64,000 nucleotides of DNA from Amphiscolops sp. MND2022 (lineage: Eukaryota). Shown piece after piece: positions 52,370-64,000 of the stretch; within the stretch, counting starts at the first letter, position 1; the number at the start of each line of letters is the position of its first letter. The stretch spans positions 49,478,001-49,542,000 of the forward strand of contig OZ076409.1 of the NCBI GenBank assembly GCA_964187785.1, written 5' to 3'. The position numbers and the translations under genes were made by a program. A model generated the notes under the pieces. That model was given only the letters and a program-made list of their open reading frames with translations, searched no databases and was not told the DNA's origin.

Positions 52370-55300
52370 GATCCCCCTACCCATCACCCCCAACGCAGAA
52401 GAACGTGAATGACAGCCATCCCATCATAGAAAAAGCCAGAAAACCCGGAATTGTGCCATATGTCAGTGTATTTTTTAGGTTTCTACTGAAGAATGCCCCG
52501 AAATCCAGATGTCACCTGTTTGTGAATGATGGAGAAAACTCCATACCCCAGAATGAACGAACTAGAAGAGCTACTTTTGATCAATTCTGGTGTTATTGAT
52601 GTTCATTTGCAGGTTTATGGTGTTGCCGGATCTGGTGGATCCTTGTATTTGCATTTTCAGACGTTAATCATCTAATAGAATGCACTTTAATTGAGCCCCT
52701 GTTTTTGGACCGCGGGAGTATGTAGGAACACGCAGGAACCTCTAAGAATATTTATACGTGCTTGTGGGACGTGTCCGGACTTTGAGTGCACCGGCACGTC
52801 GCCACGGAGCTCTCTGGGAGGAGTCTTCTGAGACGTTCGGAAATGTCCCCTAGGAGACCGCTTTGGGACTAAAAACTAGTGTCTAGGTTGTGTTAAGGCA
52901 ACGGTCTCCTGTTCATGCAATCTGGGCATCGTCCTGTCTCTAAGAAGTAGCTGCTAGATTGACGTTACAAACTATATATACTTCCCCTCCCATGACACAG
53001 TTAAATTCGGGTGTCATAGAACCATGTATAGGTGTGAAATCATCTGAGCTATGAATAGCTAGCACTTTAGCCCAGACATTACGTCATCTTTCACCGTAAT
53101 TCTAAAAATAGCAACAGTTTTGGACCTTTACATTTTTACAATGAAAAACAAGTGTTCACATGACAGCAACATTTCATTTTTGGAGAAGCTGTTTAAGTAT
53201 TTGTTAAAACCATAACACATTGGACTTTGTGTCCATTAGACTGCATCAAATATGAGTGCGCTAGTATAGGGCATTCTGATTGGTTTGGAGGAAATTCGGA
53301 CAACGCGCCAACCGAACAAGAGGTTTAGTCCGGTTGAACGCGTTTTCTTATTTCCACCAGTTACCAGTTAGTACTATTAAATTACATTGGATGAATCAAC
53401 AATCAATTGCGCCGATAACGTACTAGTTCATAACAACAACAGTATATGAAAATATATATACAACAGTATATATATAAACTGGCATTAAAAGATTAAGAGA
53501 CTCATTCTCTAATATTTTTTTGTTTAGCAAAAACTAACTACCCAGCTGCAGGTTTAAAGCGGCCTTAAATTAATTATGGTGTTTTCACATGCGTTTTTCC
53601 ATGTAATGTTGTTTTCCCATGTAAATTATGGTGTTTCTCCATGTTAATGCGGCCTTTAATTAATTATGGTGTTTTCCAGGTTAACGCTCGCACCACTTTC
53701 ACGGCTCAAGCAGTTGAACCGTAACCTTGTAATTTCAATCATTGACCTAAAACGACGGTTCGTACCGCGAATTGTACCACGAAGTGCCCGTCTTCTGGGT
53801 GCATGAAGCTTGAAATCGAAAGCGGTAAGATGAGAAAAAAATTTCGTTCCATGAAAAAATAGTTTATCGTTGCGGTTGGTTAACTTCACTCTATTACGAA
53901 TAATTTTTGCGAGAACGTACAATTTATTGCGTAGTTTTCTTTAGTTGGGATTTACCATGATTTCCAAATCACGCACAAATTGAACAAATTTTTTGATCAA
54001 ATTGCCTCTATTCTCAGACAAAATTACAATTTTGCTGCTCGTCGGCAGCATGGCTAGTTTCGACTGTTTCAAGTGGCCAACCAAAACTTTACAAACTAGA
54101 GTGTCCAAGGTACTGATGTAGATTTTAAAGGTAATTGGAGGCATTCGAACAACGACTTCTTCACACATATTTTTATTTCAATGTAGTAGAGGTGTTAGCG
54201 TGCACCCGCTCGATGGAAGGACTGCTTTTGTCATCTCGTTTCAAACACACCGAATTGATTTTTGCTTCTCGTAGTACGATGTCTCGTACCATCATACGTT
54301 TGGCATCCAATGTGTCGTAGAACGTCTGTGCTGCGGCATCACGCCAACCGTGGTACGAATCCGGGCAAATTTACTGCTGAAATTTTTGCGCGCTCGTGCC
54401 ACAATGTTACTACGATCGAACTACGACTTGCGTGTAGGTTAAAAGCGTGATACGGCTTTATTTTTTTCGTTGATTTTACAGGCACAAATAATTTTTTGAA
54501 GCATATTTTTCCATTCGTTGTTTCGAACAACTCGATTTTTCTCTTACCTTTTATGTTTCTCTAGTTGAGACTGCTTCAACTTTTTACATGATGCAGGCCT
54601 GCATGCAGGGTAATTTTTTAATAAAACCTAGAAAATTCAGTAAGCATCGGGTGGTAAATATTGTAGAATTACACTGAATTCTCCAACAGTGCAATCAAAT
54701 TTGAAAGTATTTACCCCTTCTTTACGGACATGATCACCTTGTATTCACTCATTAATTTCTCAACTACTCATCTGATTCACAGTGCAAAAGAATTTCCCTC
54801 CTAAACTTTTTCACTTAATTCTTCAAGCTGTAAAGTTCCTAAAGCTTTTGGATGATCTCTTCAAACTGTAACGTCAGGCAGTCGATGTTACGAAACTTCG
54901 ATGAAAAATTCGAAATGTGCGATATCAAATAAGCACATTCAAGATGGCCGACCCGGCAGGTACGAAAATCGTAGAAGAAACCAAAAACGTACAAACAGAC
55001 CACCCCGTAGACCCCGACACCCGAAGACACCCGGAAGAGGCTGAAAAGAGAGTGAAACTCAGTGTGGTACCATCTTATCCAGGAAAATGTCGGAAGCGAC
55101 CCTCCAGAATCAAGATGCAACCTGTCAGTGGATCTTTGCAAGAACTCCAGAACCATCTTGAACATGCCCTGCCCGAGGGAACTCTTAGTAGTTAATTTCA
55201 TTGTCATTAAAGTTTTTGGCCGATTTGTGATGAAATTGAACCTAGCAGATCCCAATTTTGCAAATTTTAAATCTAATTCTGCAAACATGTACTTTTGCTG

Positions 55301-55541
55301 AACACGGTTTTTGGACCTCGGAAGTATGTAGGAGTCGCGGGAACACGTTAGGAACCTTAGGATTCGTTTTTACAGGCCTGTGGTGCGTGTCCGGACTTTG
55401 AGAATGACGGCGCGTTGCCTCGGAGCTCTAACTAGAGGAGCCTCCTTAGACGTCAGAAAAGTCCCTCTAGGAGACCATTTTGGGAAAAACTAATGTCTAG
55501 GGCTGTAGTAAGACAACGGTCTCCTGTTTAACGAACCATTA

Positions 55542-56368
55542 GAGTGCATAGGCAAGCTAAAACTGCTCAAAGCACACTTTCGTGCTTTCAATACCTCGAA
55601 TTCCTCGACCATACCCTTAACCGTGCAAAATTGGCAAATTACGTCATAAGTCCCGGATTCCACGGATTTTGTCGTGAATTCCAGTAACAAATGCTTACCT
55701 GTACGCACTGTCGGCATGCCGATTTGTCCCGGATTCCACACAAACGTAAATTTTGCAAAACGAACCAATCAGATTGCAGAAATTATAAAATTCTTGGATT
55801 CCACGACTTTATGCTTGACGCGATACGCGGCATCTCTTCTTGAATTAAATTCAAATGTGAAATTAATATGAACAATTTTGGTCCCAATCATGAGTACTTT
55901 TTTTACTCACGATTGGGACCAAAATATCACAAAATCTTTTTGCATATTATTATACTAATAGGCCAGCTTTTTGTTCGCACGAAAGATATTATGGACTTAT
56001 TTTGCCTCTCTGACTTTTAATAGCAACGAAATTCGTCTCAAAAGTTATTATGGAAGGTAAGACCATATTTTTATCTATGTGTCGTGAAAACCGCATACAT
56101 ATGTTGAATTGTAGGAAACCAGCTACCAAAGGGGGTAGTACGTCAATATTGAATTTTTAATATACCAGATTCAGCGGACCAATCAGAGAGCAGCGGCAAA
56201 AGCGTCATTATAGCAGCAGTATTGTCGTGGAATCCAGAACAAGCATTGTCGTGGAATCCAAGACACGCTTAACATCAAAGAAAAACTTTGTCCTACATTC
56301 CACGACTTTTCTCAATTTTCGTGTCCCGGATTCCACGACAAGCAGCAAAATTGCTTGCCTATGCACTG
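55542..56368. mobile_element. Tc1/mariner-like MITE nested in another repeat
   Basis: TA|(g/c)agtgcataggcaagc ... gcttgcctatgcactg|TA, with internal ggattccacg repeats. The flanks (55305-55540 and 56370-56430) rejoin into a copy of the repeat at about 52700-52972. Confidence 0.8.
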
Positions 56369-57721
56369 TAATGACCTAGGCATTGTCCCTCTTCCTAGAT
56401 TTGCGACGCTAGCCGGACGTTACAAACATTCTTTGTTCCATTTCTCTTGGGCCATCCATCCATCATTTGTTTCCATCTCAAACTTGGGCCAGAAGATCAA
56501 TTTTCAACAGTTGTAGCACTTGGGGATCCTGTTGGCCAAATAGCGTTTCTGTAACCTTTTTTGAGAATTGAGGCCAAAGAAATCCGACCTTTTAAATTAG
56601 CGTGAATGGTTGAAATACTTGGCTTGATTTTGAAAGATTCATAGTTTTGGAAACGAATCTCTTGGATTTATTGTTCGGAAACAGACAAAGACTGGGGATT
56701 TATAATACTCAGAAAGAAAGCTTAGATGCAGTTTGCTATGTTTCTAAACACAATAAAGTTATACTGACAGTTTTTTCAGTAGAAAGACTCTTATTATTTT
56801 CAGCCCGCATGAAAAAGGGAGGAAAATCATGATCTGTTCATTTTCCGCCCACATAAATGGGGGAGAAAAATCATGATCTGTGATGCGTTTTTTTTTACAA
56901 ATTCTGCCAAAACTCCAGTTTATCTCCACTCCACGGAGTGAAGTGCACTTCACTTATTGCTTTCCCAGCGAGTAGGTCGTGGGTTCGAACCTGGGCCGGT
57001 GCTTGAAATTTTTTCGTGTTTCCCAGCCAGTAGGTCATGGGTTCTATCCTCTCCTTCGCCATACTTTTTGCAATAAGTGTGTCGCGGAAAATATCCCAGT
57101 GTTTAGCGGGCGTCTTGTTTGGCATTGAATGTCTAATACCCTCAAAAATTACCATCACGTGGGAAAATTGACTCCCACGCGCTTTGGAAAATCTCAGTAG
57201 GATCTTTCGGGAGAATCAAAATCCTGCCTCAACCAACAACCCAATAATTTCAGCTATGTTTCTCCGGATAACTGCTATCGACTATGAGAAGCTAATTTTG
57301 TGAAAAAATTGTAGCTAAAAATTTGCCACCTTTTCTAAATGCCCTTCCACAAGCTAATCCACTGAATAATTTATTATCCGTTTCTGACAATATTTTTAAC
57401 TGGCAAAAGTTTCTAATTGGATACCTCAACTATCAACTTGTTCCTTGGAAACTAAACAGTCATTGGTTTCAAACGCTTTCCGCAACCATTTCCATCTTGA
57501 TATTGTTCTTGAATAAGATATCTTCTGTTAAATCTGCGAAAGGATAAGTAAAAAGTAAATTTCTGCATTCTAGAAACAAATCCTTGTCTTGAAATAGAAA
57601 CAGAAGGGCTCAAAATTGAACCTCGACGAATACCATATTCGATTCGTTTGTTCAAAGGATTTCAGTCACCTGAAAATACGAATTGATTTCTAACAGAAAT
57701 ATAACCCTTGAGCAAACTTAC

Positions 57722-57809
57722 AGTTTTTACATGTATATAATACTTACTAGTTTTTCGAGAAGTAAAGTTTTTACATGTATATAATACTTACTAGTTTTTC
57801 GAGAAGTAA
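57722..57809 (+). repeat. Exact 44-bp tandem duplication
   Basis: agtttttacatgtatataatacttactagtttttcgagaagtaa occurs twice in tandem. Confidence 0.9.
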
Positions 57810-58789
57810 AGTGTAGTAAAGTACTATATCAAAGACTTTCTTTAAATCAGTGAAGGCAGCCAGACCAAAATGTGCTTTGTCAAGTTTTTTGCAAATGTTC
57901 TATCATTTCTGCTATTGCATTGCCCCATGGAACATTTTGTCTGGAATCAAACTATTTTCGATAAACGAAGTTCTTCAAATTCACTTTTTAAATGTTCTTT
58001 ATTTGTGAATCACTTTCTCGAAGACCTATAGAGTGATAGTTCTTCGCCATCGTGCTATCACATTCATTCAATCATGGGACCTGTGGCGGTTTTCATTGAC
58101 TTGAAAAAATCTGATGTACGAATGCAATCACTGAAAACACTAGCTAGAAAATTACCTATCACAGTCGCTGTGAGTTTCAAAAATTTGTTTGAGCTGCCAG
58201 TGTGACCACAAAAGTTTTCATTTTCCATCAAAGAAAATTACTAAACAGTCATGATGGCACTCGAGAGAACGTATGTAAAGGTAGAAATTGTCTGAATTGC
58301 CGAACCTCTTACATCACTCTTCTCCATTGAAAGCTGACAAAAAAGGTAGTTAAAATTATTAGAATTGGCCAAGTCATAGCGTACGGCGACAACTCATACC
58401 ATGCGACAACTCATATAAGACGACAACTCATATCAGAAAACTGGAATCGACATAAGAAAATATCTTCCAGATAATTCTTCAGACAATTACAGAAAATCAG
58501 ATAAGTGATAGAAATTTTTAGAAACTACAAGGGGATGCTAAGCAGATCAAAAGCTCGAAACTAGATAACTGCCTAAAAATTTACAGAATACACGTTTTAG
58601 GTATCTTTTAAGTATGCAAAGTATTTTGACGAAAACACTTACCAAGCTTTACTTACGACTGCCTGGTTGACAACTTGCAATCAATTCTGAAACTGATTTG
58701 TCCAGGAAAGGCACTTGCAAAATCCACTATACACAATAACCTTGAGATGCCCTTCTTTTTCAATTGCTGGACAATATTTCTTGTAGAGT

Positions 58790-59325
58790 ACCTTGCGTTC
58801 CAGGATATAGGTAATTCCTCTCAATGTGTTGATGTTCAAATGAACGTTATCCTTCTATATGTGATTTTTGCTAAACACTTGCCAAGAAACTCTCCTGAAG
58901 TTCCAGCCTTCTCGACAAGAAGCTAGTAAAGAATTACCTTCGTTTGCTTGATTAGGTTGGGAGTGGAGTCAAGGTATACCAAGTACAAAAACCCTTTTGG
59001 TTTTGGTCAATACAAGATTTGCGAAATCAGATATCTGTCGAACAAAGTTGTCTGATATTACAGCAAACCAGTTGTTACCGCCTATGAATAGGACGATGTT
59101 ATTATAAAGAGCTTTCTTGGGAATCGAATTGTAAACGTGTTCTACTTTAGCTCCAGGCAGTGATAAAACGGTAAAATTTGCTATATCGAGCCTTTTTCCT
59201 TGGCTATCAGAAATTAAAAGGTTTCTGATGTTTGAAACATTGATTACCCTGAGTTGCTTTGAATAAATTCCTGGAATCGGAGTTACTTCATCTTTGACTT
59301 TGCACTTATTCTGTTTCGCAAACAA
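58790..59325 (-). pseudogene. Decayed SGNH/GDSL esterase-like ORF (type found in ORF1 of some non-LTR retrotransposons)
   Basis: Blocks LLISDSQ, SLPGA, IVLFIGGN, VFVLGIP and, after a frameshift and stop, DNVHLN follow the SGNH block order. Confidence 0.65.
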
Positions 59326-60594
59326 AAAGTATTATTGAAATTCTAAACCGTGACTATAAGGATCAACTTTGCTGTCTCGATGTGAGGTAGTGTGGTTGAT
59401 CTTCTGAACCAAACGATTAGTCCAAATCCTCGCGTCCACGGTAACTTCCTCAAGCAAAAATATCGCAACAATTAGCATTATAGGTAAACTGATGTTGGAA
59501 TTTCGAAAGAAAATAATGTCACCTGTTCAACCTTAAAAAAGCTCTTCAATAGCCAGAGTTGAATGAATTAATTGTACGAGAAACTTCCAAGCTTTCACTT
59601 TCCTCAATACTTGAGTAGCAAAGTCGACCGAATTTTTGGGTAAGATTCAGGCAGAAAACGTGGTATTTGCTGGTAAATATTCATCGAGGTTCACAACTAG
59701 TTGTCATGGGTCCTACGGACACCCACGTAGCGCAAATATGGCGTTCGTAACAAGTTAAATACAATAAACAAAGACTACAGACCAAATATACACTAATTTT
59801 GAAAAAGGAATCCAAAAAGGGACATTAGACAGGAATTCCAAAACTTTCGTCTCCGATTTTCATTATTTTCTCTCATTTGGGTCAAAATATGTCGATTGGG
59901 CGATAACAGGCCCTCAGATGCAATTGTACACAATTTTACAGCCTTTTGAATTTGGGTAAATTGACTTAATTTTTTCATATTTTTTTTCATATAATTCGAG
60001 GCGCCATCAGTATCCAAATGTCAAAAACATAATGTCAAAAACGTTAAAAGCCAATGAAGTTGGAACAATTTTTTATCAAAATATGAAGGCAATAGAATCG
60101 TTCAGTTCAAGGAATAGGCAAGCTGGGAATGACCCGAGTCGGCGCCATCCGTGAGGCCCAAAAAGAGCAATGCCAGAGCAACGCCGAGTCATACAATCAG
60201 TATTTTCGATGGTGTATAAGGCACTAGAGTGTAGTCGATTACTGTTTGAGACCTAATGTTTAAGTTTGGCTGTTTGAAAAGTCTCCCGCCCACCTGCTTG
60301 AGAGGATGATCAGAAATTAACACTATAGGACTTTGGAAATTGACTATTTTCCATGAATTCGATTTTTGAAAAAATTTTAATGATTTGTATCATCAGTTTC
60401 ACAATTTGAAAAAGTTGAAATTTCAAACTATCAAAACAGTTGATTTCAATATTCCGCTCTCCATAAACGAGTAGTCGTTAAACCAAAGGGTTCCAAATCC
60501 AACAATTTGAAGTTTTGTCGACGAAACGGAAGAAAAATATGTAAAAATTTAGATTTTGTATATTCTCTTAGACCGGTCTTTGTTCTTAAGACTA

Positions 60595-60932
60595 CCAGAA
60601 AACACAACACAAGAAAATTCAACACAAGAACGTTCAACACAAGAAAATTCAACACATTTTCATCGAAATTCTCAGTTGATTTCTCGTATACCTGATTAAA
60701 TGATTCTCGTAATACATGAGTAAATGAGGCATTGGTACAACCAAGTGTGAATATGAATAATCCAAATTCTCAAATTAGTTAATTGAATGGCCCATACGGA
60801 GTAATTGTTCACTTTTTAACTAAAATTATTAGGAAGTGAGAAAGTGTTGAGCTTTTTGTGTTGAATTTTCATGTTGAGTTTTCTGTATATGGCAATTTCC
60901 TGTGTTGAATTATCTTGTGTTCAATTTTTCGT
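60595..60932. repeat. Foldback-type MITE with arrays of 15-bp units in inverted orientation
   Basis: Tandem caacacaagaaaatt units at 60605-60656 mirrored by tgtgttgaatt units at 60845-60925. Confidence 0.6.
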
Positions 60933-61563
60933 ACCCCGTTCTTAGCTACTTTGATTATCAGAAATCCTCGTTTTATCGCGTATTGAAAATACCCAGATGT
61001 TACCTTACTCTGACTTACTTTCGAATGATTCACTTTAAGGATGTTGATTGCTTTGAGCAACAAAAACTCGTCACAGCGGAATCTTTCTACATTTTTTGTT
61101 CCAAAGAAAGATTCTATAGATTTTTTTGGAAAATGTGTTTCTTCAACTATTTCCACGTATTTGAAACAGCATGCCACGCCACATATTCGCAATGACCCCC
61201 TCCCATTGTAGCTTCCCAGTACCGGTGACGGTTACTTTTGACAGCGACGACAAAATTGACAAAAGGTCCACTTAGAAGAGGAGATGTGGCATACATGATG
61301 TTAGACTCTTAGACGCAGCTGGATATCCCTTAATAAAACTCAGGCCGCTAATTACTTACCGTCTAACATATGACCAGTTCATAGGTTCAAAGAAAGACGT
61401 GTTGCTCTCGTATCAGTAATTGGTAAGTGTCATGCCCGAACAGCATGAAGGAAGGAGTGGGAACTCGAAAAACTGTTTCATTTAAATAAATACCTTGAAT
61501 TCCAAGTTTTCATGTACCGTTAAAAGCCATAATTCATTTGCTAAGCAGAGCTGTTAAACAAAC

Positions 61564-62154
61564 GACGACTGGCTTAACCAGTCGTCAAATTCATATTTAC
61601 TGGCGCAACGACCACCACTTTAGTTAATTACATGCAAACATGACTGAAATATTCAGTCGTCAAAGTTACTCACCACTATCATGATGTTCCTAGTGACGGT
61701 GCACTTATATATTGATATAATAACGACTGGGATTGTCAGTTGTTAATGAGTATCTGTACCGTCATCAATGTCTATTATCCCGATTTGTCTAAATATACAT
61801 GTAACCATGACTGAAGTTATCAGTCGTCAACAACATATTTCACCAGTTCAATACATTAAATCTCATATTTGACCAAGTGTCCACACATGTAGGACTGAAA
61901 TACTCAGTCATCATACCCGTTATTTTAAACATGATTATGTACTTTATTAGATTTCAACATGTACACATTCGTTTCACTAGTATAAAATAACCATGACAAC
62001 CATATCATGCAGTTTTGCTCTCTGGGCTATACTGGTAACTACCATAATTGAGTGCTATGATGACTAAGAGGCGCAGTCATACACATTACGTTGCTGCTAT
62101 AATTGGATCAAACGAACCAAAACAGTTGCTATAACGACTGAAACGACAGGTCGT
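61564..62154. repeat. Phased array of GACTG-N7-CAGTC palindromes
   Basis: Motif starts at 61567, 61642, 61725, 61809, 61893, 62062 and 62136 (spacings 75, 83, 84, 84, 169, 74); the intervening sequence is mostly unique. Confidence 0.8.
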
Positions 62155-62408
62155 GCATTATGTTCATATTCGGCATTGATGCTAATTAACACCTGTTAGT
62201 GAGGGCAATACGATTGGTTGATACAAAAGGTGTCAAGACGCCGGGACCAGCAAGGCGTCGACACCAGAGAGGTCACAATTACGGAGATATCCATACTGCA
62301 TAGTTGACTACTTTGACTTGTTGAATTTTACTTAGAATTACATTAACCTTTTCGTGATTATAAATATTGTTACACAATAAACCTTCAAAATCCCATCATT
62401 TTGTTTAT

Positions 62409-63946
62409 ATGGTAACTACCAGGTCACAGAGTAGTAGAAATTTCCAAACTGAAAATATAAATATGGATCGAATAAGCGACAATGAAAGCGAAGCGAGTTT
62501 TCCGGACGTCTTATCTAGAGAACAAATGACGGTTCGTTAGATAGTGACAATCTCCTAAACGACCGAAATAACGTTGAAAGGAACGTGATCGATCAGAGAT
62601 TCTACGAGATGAAGAGACAAATTGGAGAACTGACCGACTTAGTTCTCGCACTGACACAACAGATATCCTCTAATCATAGAGAAGGGAATGGACTTAACAT
62701 GGCAAAGCCTAGTGCCAATGGTCATTCCGACATGGTGACAGGAGTCCAGAACCCACAACCGTCAGGCTTACGAACGACCCCACCAAACGCGACCCCCAGA
62801 AGCGATGTCAGCGCACCACAATTGACCGACGTGATGACCGAAATTCACCACCTTCGAAATACAATGGGCGACAAGATCACCCAACCGAAAATACAAACAC
62901 AAGTACCGCTATTCAAAGGAAACAGGGAGAAGTACAACGAGTTCGAGCATTTGCTACTCAACCATTTACGGCCGCATGCTCACAAACTCACAGAAGAACA
63001 GAAACTCAACTATTTCCAGAGCCTCCTGAGAGACGATGCCATTGAATTCTGGCAAACGTTAAAGATTACAACAGAAACCACTCTACGAGATATACTGGCC
63101 GCCTTCAAGAAAGAGTACGCTAAGGAGGAACTAACCGAAGTCTCAAAATTAAAATTCGATCAGCTCCGATACGATCCAACCACCGAGTCATTCAGCACCT
63201 TCCTCGCAAACTACAAGAAAGTCGCGAAACAAGCCTATGGAGACAAGGCACAGGAAATAGTCCAGACATTCCTATTCGCGAAACTACCCATTCAACTTCA
63301 GAACGAATTAGCAAATGCTGGTAAACATGACGCCAGCATCGAAGAAAAAAAAACGTTTGTCCAGAGGCGATGCCAATATGCCCAATTACTGCCTAACCAA
63401 CAGCTTCTCCAGCCATTCAACCTAGCCGTTCAAACACAAGAAGCCCCAAGCAAACCGGTCATCCAAAAACAAATTGAGGCCGACAGACCTCCTGTCAAGA
63501 AGAAGTTCGACGGAAACTGCCGATACTGTGCAATCTACGGACACAAATGGGCCGAGTGCCGAAAACGACAACGAGACGCGGCAGCCGGACACAATAACTC
63601 CCAGGCTCACAGAACGTCTGAACAGCAAACGAACACCCAAACAGAAACACAACCAAAATTTGACGCCAAATTAGTGTGCCAATTTTGCGGCTACACAGGA
63701 CATTCCGCAAAAGATTGTCGGTTCCGAATACCGAATACTTCAGCATACGGGAGTGTGCCATACAACCGACAATCCACAACGGAAAACATGGACTTTCGAC
63801 GTGACTTCAGACGAGCTCAAATTGAACACTACCCAGCCAACGAAATGACAGATCACACACCAACGGAATAAGGAGCAGAGACAAGTGATACCTACTACCA
63901 ACAGGAATATGTCGACAACTCTACCAATCAGCCAAAAAACTTCTGA
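62409..63946 (+). pseudogene. gag: Gag of the third element; frameshift near 62530 and premature TAA at 63869
   Basis: MVTTRSQ start (compare MTTRSQ), VPLFKGNREKYNEFEHL capsid region, and knuckles CRYCAIYGHKWAEC and CQFCGYTGHSAKDC. The frame continues past the TAA to ...PKNF* with A_AAA_AAC at 63934-63940. Confidence 0.85.
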
Positions 63947-64000
63947 AGCCACGTCATCCGAACGACTACTACAACTACAATGTGCGCAACAAAAACACTC

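Larger units (their letters stand above)
61560..64000 (+). mobile_element. 5' portion of a third gypsy LTR retrotransposon (LTR ends at 62732; left boundary not resolved; truncated by the window end)
   Basis: ...tccgaCA|TGGTGACAGGAGTCC PBS identical to that of the first element; TATA at 62359, AATAAA at 62376, and gag with CCHC knuckles. Confidence 0.8.

Noticed and set aside
61564..62154. CRISPR array
   Set aside because: The repeats are degenerate with variable centres, there are no cas genes, and the context is a eukaryotic LTR. Kept only as a palindrome array.

Overview
AT-rich, repeat-dense eukaryotic (animal-like) genomic DNA with spliceosomal introns; there are no prokaryotic operons, rRNA genes or CRISPR arrays. 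The dominant feature is an intact, very young 15.9-kb Ty3/gypsy LTR retrotransposon (9377-25306; 2097-bp LTRs; AGGGT target-site duplication) with an unusual layout. (i) gag starts inside the LTR and reads through the LTR/PBS junction. (ii) pol is in the -1 frame behind an A_AAA_AAC slippery site. (iii) The 5.5 kb between pol and the 3' LTR holds an antisense gene with 8 coding exons and 7 GT-AG introns that I can splice by hand into one 1067-aa ORF; by eye it resembles a hAT-transposase-derived zinc-finger protein without the catalytic residues. (iv) A further sense ORF with a SUMO-interaction-like motif runs into the 3' LTR. The window also contains a decayed Mag-like gypsy element (40067-45103) and the 5' part of a third gypsy element with the same PBS and gag-in-LTR layout, preceded by a phased palindrome array (about 61.5-64 kb). 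Other features are Helentron/DINE-1-like repeats, several MITEs, two long perfect palindromes, a decayed SGNH-esterase ORF and a probable 3-exon host gene for a PPxY-motif membrane protein. All family assignments come from motif recognition by eye; no searches were run.
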